From NCBI GenBank assembly GCA_977017575.1, contig CDRNVI010000033.1:1-64000 (forward strand): a stretch of DNA of 64,000 bases, given 5' to 3'. The stretch is from Paramoeba atlantica (Eukaryota > Protista > Discosea). Every line of letters starts with the position of its first letter. The first letter of the stretch is position 1. The notes beneath the pieces are model-generated. The model made no database searches. It saw only the letters and a list, made by a program, of their open reading frames with translations, and was not told where the DNA came from. Shown here in pieces: positions 53,136 to 62,596 of the stretch. A program made the translations under genes and the position numbers.

Positions 53136-53924
53136 ATGCATATTCCACTTGAGATTGTAGGATCTAGATTAGCGGATACTTCTTCATCCCAGGCACCACG
53201 ACGCGCCAGGGCGCATAAAATTGAGGCGTCACTTCTTCCCCTCGAATATCAATTAGATCGTTTCCTGCATACCGTTGAACATAGAGACCCGATGTGGAAT
53301 GATTCCACACCAGGGTGTGCATGGAATGGCGTGCGGTGTGACGATTCTGGGCATATTGAAGCCATTGATTGGGATTCGTGGGGAGACAGAGGGCATCGAA
53401 AGCCATTGACTGGTTTTTTGAACTGGGCCTTCCTTCCTCGAAGCGTTCGATCCTTGCGCCTTGGGAGTAATCAATTGAGCAGTGCCACCTCTAGTACAAA
53501 GCAGTGCTACAACAGCGTGGAGATAACAGTTGATTTAAGATGCCTTCTCCATGAAATTAAAGTCTTTGAGCTCGGCGGGAATAAATTTACAGGTGGGTTA
53601 GATCTGACGGCCCTGCCATCGCAATTGCGTATTCTGTATTTGGAAACTAATATTTTCAGTGGTGAAATAGATTTAACGACTCTTCCCTCAAGTCTTCGTG
53701 AACTTGGACTTTGTCGTAACAAGTTATCAGGGTCACTCGATCTTACTCAACTTACTGAAGGTATTTATCGTTTATGGCTTCAGACTAACAAATTCGAAGG
53801 TGTTGCAGACTTAAGATCCCTCCCCAAGAGCATGAAATTGATCAATGTCCAAGACAATGCATGGAAAGTTATAGCACCAAAGCTAGGCTTTGAGTATAAA
53901 CACGGAGCCTATTGTTCGACCTAG
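53136..53924 (+). CDS. Leucine-rich repeat protein, paralogue of 26601-27362
   Basis: Cap WNDSTPGCAWNGVRC and repeats LPSQLRILYLETNIFSGEIDL and LPSSLRELGLCRNKLSGSLDL. Confidence 0.85.
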   Translation: MHIPLEIVGSRLADTSSSQAPRRARAHKIEASLLPLEYQLDRFLHTVEHRDPMWNDSTPGCAWNGVRCDDSGHIEAIDWDSWGDRGHRKPLTGFLNWAFLPRSVRSLRLGSNQLSSATSSTKQCYNSVEITVDLRCLLHEIKVFELGGNKFTGGLDLTALPSQLRILYLETNIFSGEIDLTTLPSSLRELGLCRNKLSGSLDLTQLTEGIYRLWLQTNKFEGVADLRSLPKSMKLINVQDNAWKVIAPKLGFEYKHGAYCST

Positions 53925-54329
53925 GCATGATCGCGCTAATAAGCCGTGATGTTTTTAAAAATAATAGCAAAAAGACTCAATATATTTAAAAATTTGAAGG
54001 ACACCCGAATAAAAGGAGGCTCGTTTATCGTTAACAACGTTTAGTGCATTTTCTTCTAGCCCAGTATCTCTACAGGATTTCTCCCTCTGTAAGAAAAATA
54101 ATAGTTCCCGGCGTTTCCCTGCCGCGGTGGCAGTAGCACTCTCGAGACTACATGTATGAGTGACGACAAACCATTTGACGGCACAATACAGAGGGGAGGC
54201 AACTGGTTATTCTGCCATATTCTGCCGATCGCTGTCTTATTCGGCGTTCCCGCCGCGAAGCGGCGAATTATTTTTCGGTGGACATATTCTTTTGAGTAAA
54301 GATCTTTCCCTTTCTCCTGCTTTTTAATA

Positions 54330-54597
54330 AACCCTGTTCCGGGTTATTGTGCCCTCCTGCACAATAACTGGCTCTAGGCACAATAACTAAATATTGGAAA
54401 AAACCTAAAAAAAAGGGGTCGCGGCGCCTTTTTTATGGACAAACACGTTCATGTGCAGAATGAGTTCCATTTAACTAATGAGTTGTTGAACAAACAACGT
54501 TAATTTCAAGAAAATGGGAATAAAAAACCCACACTTCCACTTATTGTGCCCCCCTGCACAATAAGTAGCTCTAGGCACAATAACCCGGAACAGGGTT
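54330..54597. mobile_element. 268-bp non-autonomous Tc1-type MITE
   Basis: Perfect TIR: taaaccctgttccgggttattgtgcc (54328-54353) and its exact reverse complement (54574-54599), including the TA flanks. Internal subterminal direct repeats ttattgtgcc..gcacaataa..ctctaggcacaataac. Confidence 0.9.
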
Positions 54598-55290
54598 TAA
54601 ACCCCCCGCACACTTATTAGAGGGCTGAAACCTGGAGGACCTTGTCACTTATCAGGTGGGATCGGTCGGGATCGGCGCTTGAGTAGCTTCTTATGATACT
54701 GTATTTTTTAATCTTCCTTTATTTATCTCCTTTTCGTTCAGTTATCTTACAAATACATTTTTATGTGTGCCTGATAACTTGCGCGCTCTGTGACTTGGGC
54801 GCTACACTTATAGTTCTTTTGTCCCATTCCAAAGGTGTGACCCCACCCCTAATTTAGGCTCTTCGTCAAGCGTAGTGGTTGTTTTCAACATGAATGAGTA
54901 ACATGAGTTGCTTTTTGATTTTTCCTTTTAGATGCACTTGCATGCATCGGCATGCGTGTTCAGCACGTTTCGCCTGTTCAATTGTTTCATAACAAACAAA
55001 GACGAGATGTTTGTTAGACAGAAGGGTCATTTTGCCAATCGTTCCGAAGGACGAAAAAAACGTTCGAAAACTTTCCTTGCCCACCTCCACAGGAATACAT
55101 TTCACGGTGATCGAAAAGGGATCGAGATCCGTGTACTCGGACTCCAACGACTTTTTTGCCTTTTTAACTTCAAGTTCCGTATTTTTGACTTTCTCTTTGC
55201 TCTTAATTAATTGTATTGAGGGCCACACAGCCTTTTTAGGGGAATTGCTTTCTTCAGATTTGCTCATGTAAACCCCCCGCACACTTATTA
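54598..55290 (+). repeat. Two direct copies of a 22-bp transposon end, TAAACCCCCCGCACACTTATTA (54598-54619, 55269-55290)
   Basis: Exact match. It shares the TA|AACCC terminus with the other elements. The second copy has inverted and direct sub-repeats to about 55351. Confidence 0.8.
54866..55267 (-). CDS. RRM-containing ORF or fragment, antisense to the gene cluster, inside the transposon nest
   Basis: SITVKCIP..FRTFFSSFGTI..KHLVFVCYETIEQAKRA is RNP2/RNP1-like. The ATG at 55267 lies 2 bp from a transposon TA. Confidence 0.55.
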   Translation of the reverse strand: MSKSEESNSPKKAVWPSIQLIKSKEKVKNTELEVKKAKKSLESEYTDLDPFSITVKCIPVEVGKESFRTFFSSFGTIGKMTLLSNKHLVFVCYETIEQAKRAEHACRCMQVHLKGKIKKQLMLLIHVENNHYA

Positions 55291-55417
55291 TTCCGGATTT
55301 TTTCGCACCCATTTTCCAGAATAATAAGTGTTTCCGGAATAATAAATGTGCGCGGAAATATTGTTCCGGAAATTTATGGCTGTGTACGTAGTAAACCTTG
55401 AAGCAAAATGAAACAAA

Positions 55418-55900
55418 ATGCTAACGTGGAGTGACGAGGAACTGTCCAATATCATTTGGATGGATGAAAAAAAATTAAGTGAATTAAAAAATTAAATGAA
55501 AAAAAAAAAGAGTGGGGGGCACATCACGTACCTCTGCCGCAAAACTGACGCTCCCAAGGAGCATCAAGGTGAATTGGACGCATGGCATGGGGGGAATGGT
55601 GTTATGGTTTGGATGTCAGCGAGCCTTAAGCATGGGTTTCACCTTCACGTTTTTCCTTCTGTTCGTTCTCAAGGAAACCGAGGTACAGTGACGGGGGCTA
55701 TTTTTGATGAAGCCATGAAGAAGCGTGGAGGGTTAATTTCTTACCTTAAGCGGTACCGTTCTAGCGTTATTGCAATGGATAACTGTACGGTGCACAATCT
55801 GGCCAGGACAAGCTTTCAAGAGACAGGAATTACTGTTCTTCCTTGGCCAGCAAAATCACCTGATCTCATGCCCGTTGAAAATTTATGGTCCATAATGGAC
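55418..55900 (+). pseudogene. Second, decayed Tc1-like DDE transposase
   Basis: IIWMDEKK is in frame from 55418, followed by TAA at 55493-95, then VMVW, AMDNCTVHN and LPWPAKSPDLMPVENLWS. No N-terminal HTH was found, and the frame drifts after about 55900. Confidence 0.8.
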
Positions 55901-56570
55901 AATTTCAAAAATGTTTTGGCCCTTAGAAATCGTACAGAATTGGTCATTGCGATGCCACCATCAACAATCCTGCCCATACGGCATACGTTAAGAATACAGC
56001 ACATAAGTGGGAAAAACGTAGGCGCCGCGAAGCGGCGCCGAAATTTTTTTGCTTTTCACTTACGAATTCTGCCATATTCTGCCAATCACCACAGACACGT
56101 TGCCCCCCTCACAGTAAACAAGCTTTTGATTTCTTTTTATAAAATGTATCATGTATCCGTAAATATAGAAAACGTCTTCGTCGCGTATGCCCCCCATGGA
56201 CCCTCAGAGTATTGCATCCTTGTAACTAGTCACCATGTATAGTGGACGTTCATTTATATTCTTTTTGCACGTCTCCTAGCCGGCTTACCTACTGAGTTTC
56301 ATACAAAAAACTCGAAAAATTACTCCTCAAAGTTTTGAATTTGTTTTTTTGTCCCCCCTACCTGGCTGGGGGGTAGGAGGTCGCTAGAGTGAAGAAGACA
56401 ACGGATTCGGAAGCGTTTTTCGGGTCAAAAAAGGGTGTTGTACAAAGTATTTCCAAAATCGGGCACAATGCAAAGCCTGTAGGCGTGGATACGCCTCTGA
56501 ATACCACTGTACACATCACGGTGCGACATTCATAGTGTGTAAGAAACCTTTGAAAAAAATATTTTTCCTA

Positions 56571-57599
56571 ATGACTTCTGGTTATTGCCATTCGTGCCAA
56601 CGACCTTGCCGAATTGTTGTCAAGTCACCCGACTTGTCAGCTACTGAAATTCACGGAGAAGAGAAAGGTATGACTGACTCCGTACCCATCTGTGCGTGGT
56701 GTGACAGCACCGTTGTCGAAATTGTTGAAAACGAAGAAGACCGCGCGGACATGCTTTTATTCACGCAACAACGAGAAGAATCTGACAGAAGAGAACGTAG
56801 TGCGCTAAGAAATGAAAGCCACACTGATCCCGCTACCAGATTTTTTGATCCTTCAAACGTATCTGGGCTCAGAGAAAATTCGCAGGTAAATTCTCGAACA
56901 GAGGGATCAGCGACGTTTTCCTTTCAATCTACTTCCGGGGATGCTCTTCCGGGTAATATCATTAATGCTCTACAGTCCGCTATCGCTGCCGCAACCAATC
57001 AAGCGGGGAGAGAAAACCTTATACAACAAGGAGGCATTGCAACAGCAAATTTTATCATATCTGCCGAGCCGGTGGATAGCAACGGAGAAAATGTACAGGT
57101 GGCTTCGTTTTCCGCAAACTTTCCGGCGAATGGTTCATCTTCGACAGGACTCAATGCACTATTCTCTAATCTTTCTGGCATGTTTCAGAGAACAAACACA
57201 GGCTCTTTTCACACTTCCGATGGCAGAACGTTTTCTAACATGGATGAGGTATTGGCACATCTGCTGTCGGTGCATGACGTGCAGCCAAGTCCTGTTTCAG
57301 AGTCGGTCCTTGAGAAAATTAAAGGTCGCGCCCGCGCAGCGAGGAGTCAGCCCTTCTCGTCGAACTCGGGCGATACTAAAGTTGGAGAAGTGTTGTTGGA
57401 GTCATCCGTTGAGTCCAGTTCCGATGGAACTTCATCGAACCGAACATGCAGTGTGTGTATGGGCACAATGGTAGGTGAGGAACTCACAACGGATCTTGTG
57501 TGTGACCACATTTTCCATCTGGATTGTATAGTACCTTGGCTACAGCATCAGCAGACCTGCCCTGTTTGCCGAAGAAATATTGAGCAACCGAATGGTTGA
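56571..57599 (+). CDS. RNF126/RNF115-type RING-H2 E3 ubiquitin ligase
   Basis: N-terminal zinc ribbon YCHSC...CAWCDS and C-terminal RING-H2 CSVC..CDHIFHLDCIVPWL..CPVCR. Confidence 0.88.
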   Translation: MTSGYCHSCQRPCRIVVKSPDLSATEIHGEEKGMTDSVPICAWCDSTVVEIVENEEDRADMLLFTQQREESDRRERSALRNESHTDPATRFFDPSNVSGLRENSQVNSRTEGSATFSFQSTSGDALPGNIINALQSAIAAATNQAGRENLIQQGGIATANFIISAEPVDSNGENVQVASFSANFPANGSSSTGLNALFSNLSGMFQRTNTGSFHTSDGRTFSNMDEVLAHLLSVHDVQPSPVSESVLEKIKGRARAARSQPFSSNSGDTKVGEVLLESSVESSSDGTSSNRTCSVCMGTMVGEELTTDLVCDHIFHLDCIVPWLQHQQTCPVCRRNIEQPNG

Positions 57600-57794
57600 T
57601 TCAAGGTTCTTATTTATTATACGTTTGACGACATGTTTTCACGACATTGTCTTCTTTTCTAATGCGACAATAAAGGAAAACTATTTTTGTGTTTGATTTC
57701 CACTTTTATGACTTCCTACAACTCAGAAACATAGTCCCACCAACCTCCCATTCTTATCTCAAACTAAACCACAACACATTCTCCCCCCCTTTCC

Positions 57795-58511
57795 ATGAGT
57801 CGTGACCCTCTCACCTCTGACTTCGACACCCCACGCACAGAAAACCCCCCCACCCCCACCCACCCCCCCTGTCCCCGATGCACCTTCCCCAACCCCCCCT
57901 CCTGCTTTGTCTGTGCCCAATGTCACGCCCCCCTCCAGGTCCCCGCCACGGCCTTCACGCACGACGCCCCCTCCCCTCCCGGTGACCCCTCCCCACATGG
58001 GGAGATCCCCATCCCCCCCTCCTCCCCCCACCACGTCGAGGTCGAGGACATGTTCCTCGAGTTCTACCGGCGCCGGGGGTACTACGCCGCGCTCCTTCTC
58101 CTCGCGCTCTCCGTCCCCCGACTGCTCTCCGCGTTCCTCCCCGCACTCCTCCCCGTGTGCTCGAGTCTCTGCGTTGTGTGGTGGATGCATGACGGGAGGA
58201 AGTTCGCGGCAGGGGATGCGCGTAGCTCTCCTGGGGGCCGGCGCTGGTTTGTGGTGCGCCGCAACACCGCGCTCCAGGTCCACTACTGGGTGTGTCTGGT
58301 GTTGTTGGTGTTGGTGTCGATTGTGGGGGTGTTGCAGGTGGGGAGGGTGATACGACCGGAGGCGGTGCCGGAGGGGGTGACGCCGGTTCCCTCACGGGGT
58401 GCGGTGATGATGCGGTTGATTTTTACGGTGTTACATGCGTTGAGTCTGGCAGCTTCCGCGTTTTTCACGCGGAAGGTGATTTTAGTGCTTCCCTCGCCGA
58501 GAGGTTCGTAG
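57795..58511 (+). CDS. RanBP2/NZF-type zinc finger plus ~4 TM helices, hypothetical membrane protein
   Basis: CPRCTFPNPPSCFVCAQC followed by four hydrophobic segments. Confidence 0.7.
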   Translation: MSRDPLTSDFDTPRTENPPTPTHPPCPRCTFPNPPSCFVCAQCHAPLQVPATAFTHDAPSPPGDPSPHGEIPIPPSSPHHVEVEDMFLEFYRRRGYYAALLLLALSVPRLLSAFLPALLPVCSSLCVVWWMHDGRKFAAGDARSSPGGRRWFVVRRNTALQVHYWVCLVLLVLVSIVGVLQVGRVIRPEAVPEGVTPVPSRGAVMMRLIFTVLHALSLAASAFFTRKVILVLPSPRGS

Positions 58512-58753
58512 GCAGGTTGTTTTTATCGTTCTTGAAAAGCAGCTTCGGTTTTTGTGAATGTAACGAACTGATTTGAAATAAGAATTGGTGTGTCGATTCT
58601 CTTGTAAAATTTTGATCAATTAGGACATCCATTTAGCATTTCGACACAAATTCTTGTGAATTGAAGAAAAATTCTTTGTTGTAAGGTGTGGACAAACTAT
58701 TCTTTTTCTCTTGCACGCTTGTGTTTGATACGACATTGATTTTTTTTTAAAAA

Positions 58754-61096
58754 ATGAGCCACGATCGATTCAGCTTTGTTAATCATTTTCTAACTTGCGC
58801 CCGTCGACGATTTCACACGCGATTTCCCTCAGCTCCAACAACGAAGGAACAAAAATGTGAAAATGCAAAGAGAGCACTTTTGGCTTTTAATATCATGATC
58901 TCGCAGGGACGTAAGCCTGACGTAGGAACGTATACAAAATTGATATATCTTATGGGTCAAGGTGATCTAGAATGGCAAGCATATAAATTATTCGCGCGTA
59001 TGTTAGACCAGGGCCTGGATCCCATTCCGCAGACGTACGCTGCTCTAAAAATCGCGACCAATCCGAAGCGACATTCCTTGCTCAGGGATATTGAACTTAA
59101 AATGAAAGATAGTATCAAGAGCTTTCCTGCAGAGTTGGCTCAAGATTTAAGCAAAGCTAAAAAAGAGAACAAATTGAAACTGGAGAGCACGATAAAGCAG
59201 TTGTCGGACGGTACTTTTCTGGGGAACTCTGATACAGGTGCTAACCCAGCTTCTGTGGATGTTAAGCACGACTCTGCAGCAATAGAAAGTTCCACACAGG
59301 ATGCGGCCGCTCGAGGTGGATCATATGCTACCGTGAGTATTGAAAATCCTGCACTTACTTGGGATACATTTCGCACGGCGCAAGAACGTAGGAAGTCTGC
59401 TCGTCCTGTGCTAAGCACAATAGAGAGAGATCAAGCGCATTCTGTGTTGGAAACTCTTCATGACGAGGAACTTCGTATTTTATTGACTATTCACAGGCAA
59501 TTACGGCACGGAACGCGAAGCCAAATGATCTCTAGTATATGTGACTGTTTGCCGCTTGAAAAAATTCTTGAGCTTGGAGAAAGGAGGAAGTTGTTTTTTT
59601 CCACCTTGCGTGGCGGCATTCAGCGGACACTCCATGATCCAGCATATTTCAAACAATTTAAACTTATTTCTGGTTGTCCGACTAGAATTTTGAGTACAGG
59701 TAAAGAAGTGGCATCTGTGGAGGTACCAATGCTCGAATCCGGAACCCCGAATAATAATGTTGAAAGTGGCATTCTAGGGCCTGAACCGAATACTCAGCGG
59801 GGACAGAGCTTTGAGAAAGCCGAAGGAGTGCAAGGAGTATTGCTCACTCCTTGGGGATACATCAAAGAACCTATAAGTAAGCCCCCTCCGGCTCCCAGTC
59901 CCATAAACCCAGAACGCACCATCGTCCTTTCCGATGAAGAGATCCTTTCCGTTCAAAAATCCGCTCGAACGGGAACATTGGATATGCTCCCCCTTCCCCT
60001 TCTTCGAAGATACGCACGCCAGTTTCACGTCAAATGGAAAAGGAAGTTCCGCACCGAGTTATACGAAAACATTGTTTTTCATGTGCAGCACTTCTCCGTT
60101 GCTCCAGACGACTCTGAGAAGCCGGATCAACACAACGAAACCCCAAGGGTTGTACCACTGAATGATTCGGACTCACCCGAACACTCTGAGCCAATTGTCG
60201 CACCAACCCCATTCGAAGTGTTGAAGACAATAACGCGCTACGCAGCTGAGGTACAGGTTGTCGACAAAGTAGAACTCACTAAAAAAATTCAAGCGATTCA
60301 AAGGAGGAGGCAACTCGAACGCCAACAGTTTGCCGTTAGCCAAAATAAATCCAAGGAGGACGCTTCCAGGGATCGTCTGCCTTTACTAACTGAATGGCAA
60401 ATGAAGCGTGCCAATATACAACCCTTAAAGCTTCCACCTGAGATTGAAGAAGAGGATGTTGTGTCTTCCGAAGCATTGAAAGAGACTCTTGTCTCGAGGT
60501 GGAGCAATATGGTAGGAGTCGACCGATATGAAGATTTACGTCGCACAGGATATAAGAACCCGCCAATACATGACAAGGGACAATCATCAAGCGACACAAC
60601 CACGGCGCCTTGGGAGAATGACATAATCGAAACAGATTCATATTTGTTGAAAATAAACCAACAGCAGCAGAAATCCGGTGGCGATAGAAAAAAGATTTAT
60701 TCGAAATCAACGGGACCACTAAGACCGCAAACATCATCCTTTGAAAACATTAATGAGGCTGAAGTCGACGATGGAATTGCGTACTTAGATCGGGATGGGG
60801 CTGTACCTGCTCGAGCGAATGAATATGAGGAAACATACTTCGGTCGCTTTCGTAAACATCACAAAGAAAAAATGAACCCTTTACGCACAACGACGTCGAG
60901 AGAGGGACTTTTGAAAAAATTAGCTGATATGAAAGAAAAAAAGAAGAAAGGGTTTCCACAGACAAAGGAACGGAAAACAGAACAAAGGAACCTGCGGAGT
61001 TTGATTTTTCTGCAAGGGAAAAAGGAAGAGCGCATTAAACAAAAGATGATGTCGAATGTGATATCCAAGCCCCGAAAAATGGCGTTCAGAATGTAA
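58754..61096 (+). CDS. Mitochondrial PPR protein with SAP-like motif(s)
   Basis: PPR-like ALLAFNIMISQGRKPDVGTYTKLI..AYKLFARMLDQGLDP..TYAAL and SAP-like LHDEELRILL..LRHGTRSQMI, with a presequence-like start. Confidence 0.65.
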   Translation: MSHDRFSFVNHFLTCARRRFHTRFPSAPTTKEQKCENAKRALLAFNIMISQGRKPDVGTYTKLIYLMGQGDLEWQAYKLFARMLDQGLDPIPQTYAALKIATNPKRHSLLRDIELKMKDSIKSFPAELAQDLSKAKKENKLKLESTIKQLSDGTFLGNSDTGANPASVDVKHDSAAIESSTQDAAARGGSYATVSIENPALTWDTFRTAQERRKSARPVLSTIERDQAHSVLETLHDEELRILLTIHRQLRHGTRSQMISSICDCLPLEKILELGERRKLFFSTLRGGIQRTLHDPAYFKQFKLISGCPTRILSTGKEVASVEVPMLESGTPNNNVESGILGPEPNTQRGQSFEKAEGVQGVLLTPWGYIKEPISKPPPAPSPINPERTIVLSDEEILSVQKSARTGTLDMLPLPLLRRYARQFHVKWKRKFRTELYENIVFHVQHFSVAPDDSEKPDQHNETPRVVPLNDSDSPEHSEPIVAPTPFEVLKTITRYAAEVQVVDKVELTKKIQAIQRRRQLERQQFAVSQNKSKEDASRDRLPLLTEWQMKRANIQPLKLPPEIEEEDVVSSEALKETLVSRWSNMVGVDRYEDLRRTGYKNPPIHDKGQSSSDTTTAPWENDIIETDSYLLKINQQQQKSGGDRKKIYSKSTGPLRPQTSSFENINEAEVDDGIAYLDRDGAVPARANEYEETYFGRFRKHHKEKMNPLRTTTSREGLLKKLADMKEKKKKGFPQTKERKTEQRNLRSLIFLQGKKEERIKQKMMSNVISKPRKMAFRM

Positions 61097-61197
61097 TTCA
61101 CTTCGAAGTTCGACGTGAGATTTCACTGAAATTATACTAGCTTTGTAATAAAACCGCAGATTTTTACCGCAGATTTTTTGTATGTTTTTGTCAGCAC

Positions 61198-61273
61198 GCA
61201 GCGATTTAACGGGTGGGATCGAAGAGTCTTTCTAGTCTTATCTCTACGTTCTCGAATCCACGCTGCTAGATTT
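61198..61273 (+). ncRNA. Single-hairpin H/ACA-like (AGA box) snoRNA, copy 1
   Basis: Lower stem GCAGCG/CGCTGC, pocket ATTTAACGGGT / GAATCCA, upper stem GGGATCGAAGAG/CTCTACGTTCTC, then T-AGA-TTT. Confidence 0.72.
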
Positions 61274-61329
61274 AAGGATATTGTGCAAAAGGTAAATGTA
61301 TATATTAGTTCTTTTTCTTAAAATTACGC

Positions 61330-61405
61330 GCAGCGATTTAACGGGTGGGATTGAAGAGTCTTTCTGGTCATATCTCTACGTTCTCTAATCCACGCTGCTA
61401 GATTT
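61330..61405 (+). ncRNA. H/ACA-like (AGA) snoRNA, copy 2
   Basis: Same fold; a C-to-T change in the upper stem keeps a G-U pair; pocket TAATCCA. Lies 132 bp after copy 1. Confidence 0.72.
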
Positions 61406-61461
61406 AAGGATAATGCACAAAAGGCAAATGCACTTATTATTATTATTTCTTAAAACTACGC

Positions 61462-61542
61462 GCAGCGATTTAACGGGTGGGATCGAAGAGTCTTTCCAAA
61501 GAAGTCCCATCTCTACGTTCTCGAATCCACGCTGCTAGATTT
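61462..61542 (+). ncRNA. H/ACA-like (AGA) snoRNA, copy 3
   Basis: Stems and pocket are identical to copy 1, with a different apical loop. Lies 132 bp after copy 2. Confidence 0.72.
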
Positions 61543-61742
61543 AAGACCATAATGCACATATGGCCAATTGTTACATTTGGTACTTTGTACATGGTTGAAC
61601 AGAAATCTTGCCCCCCCCTCGCGGAAAAATTTGGTATGACAAAATAGCAAGATAGCACCTGTGTGCTATCATGAGCACAATAACTGACGTTGCTCGAACA
61701 TCACATGTTAATCTAGGTTTTTCTTAAAAGTATATTTTTTGC

Positions 61743-61815
61743 GCAGCGATTTAACGGGTGGGATCGACGAGGGACTTCCTCATCTTGGCGTTCTCGAATC
61801 CACGCTGCTAGATTT
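61743..61815 (+). ncRNA. H/ACA-like (AGA) snoRNA, copy 4
   Basis: The pocket and lower stem are conserved, and the apical part is remodelled to a GAGG/CCTC hairpin. Confidence 0.68.
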
Positions 61816-62097
61816 ATGGATAACATGAAGGACTTATAGTATTTACAGAAGTTTTGCTTGTACATAAATGTATAAAAAGACTTGGAAACTAACAGGCATG
61901 AAAAGAAAATATAAAAGAATTGACATTCAACTCAATCGACGGTCTTGCGGGACAACATACTCAGGCGCTGCTACAGGTAGAAGTATGCTACCATACAGCT
62001 CGATTCGGAGGAATCACTGTAGACTTTCAGTAAAACCATGTGCGACTCAGTTAAAAAGATTTATTATAAAATTTATTGCTGTATATCTTGATTGTAC

Positions 62098-62175
62098 GCA
62101 GCGATTTAACGGGTGGGATCGACGAGGGGCTTTATAGCCTCATCTCTACGTTCTCGAATCCGCGCTGCTAGATTA
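62098..62175 (+). ncRNA. H/ACA-like (AGA) snoRNA, copy 5
   Basis: The pocket is conserved (GAATCCG), with an apical GGC/GCC hairpin and AGA at 62170-62172. Confidence 0.68.
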
Positions 62176-62596
62176 ATACCAAATACAGCAACGCATACTC
62201 GGTGAAAAAAGCGATGGTTATTACAAAATTGCGAGAAGAAGTCAAGGGCGCCGGGGAAGAAACTTTTCAAGCCCTATATGTCACCAAGAAATGGATGAGG
62301 CGTAGTATTTTATGAGATCTGTATCGAATACTACCCCCCCTTACTTAATAAGGCTCTGTTTTTAGGGCAAAAAGACCCATTAAAGGGGGATACATGGAAT
62401 ACATTGTACACACAATTACATTGTACATTCGCGTCACATTTTTTTCATTATTCTCAAACAAGGCCCTGCTGCATTATGATGCACTTTGTGCTGCTCTGGT
62501 AGATTAAAACAAAATGCCGCTTCGTGGCGGATTCGACAATTAATTTGACTCCCAGAAAATTTTCTTTGGTCTTCTAGAAAAAATAATATCCTTAAT

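Noticed and set aside
61645-61700. Possible C/D snoRNA in the third array spacer (ATGA...CTGA, with a GATAGCAC/GTGCTATC hairpin)
   Set aside because: There is no canonical RUGAUGA box C, terminal stem or recognisable rRNA antisense element.
61198-62175. Repeat-spacer array read as CRISPR
   Set aside because: Repeats are 73-81 nt with variable interiors. Spacers are 56-282 nt and partly homologous to one another. There are no cas genes and the context is eukaryotic.
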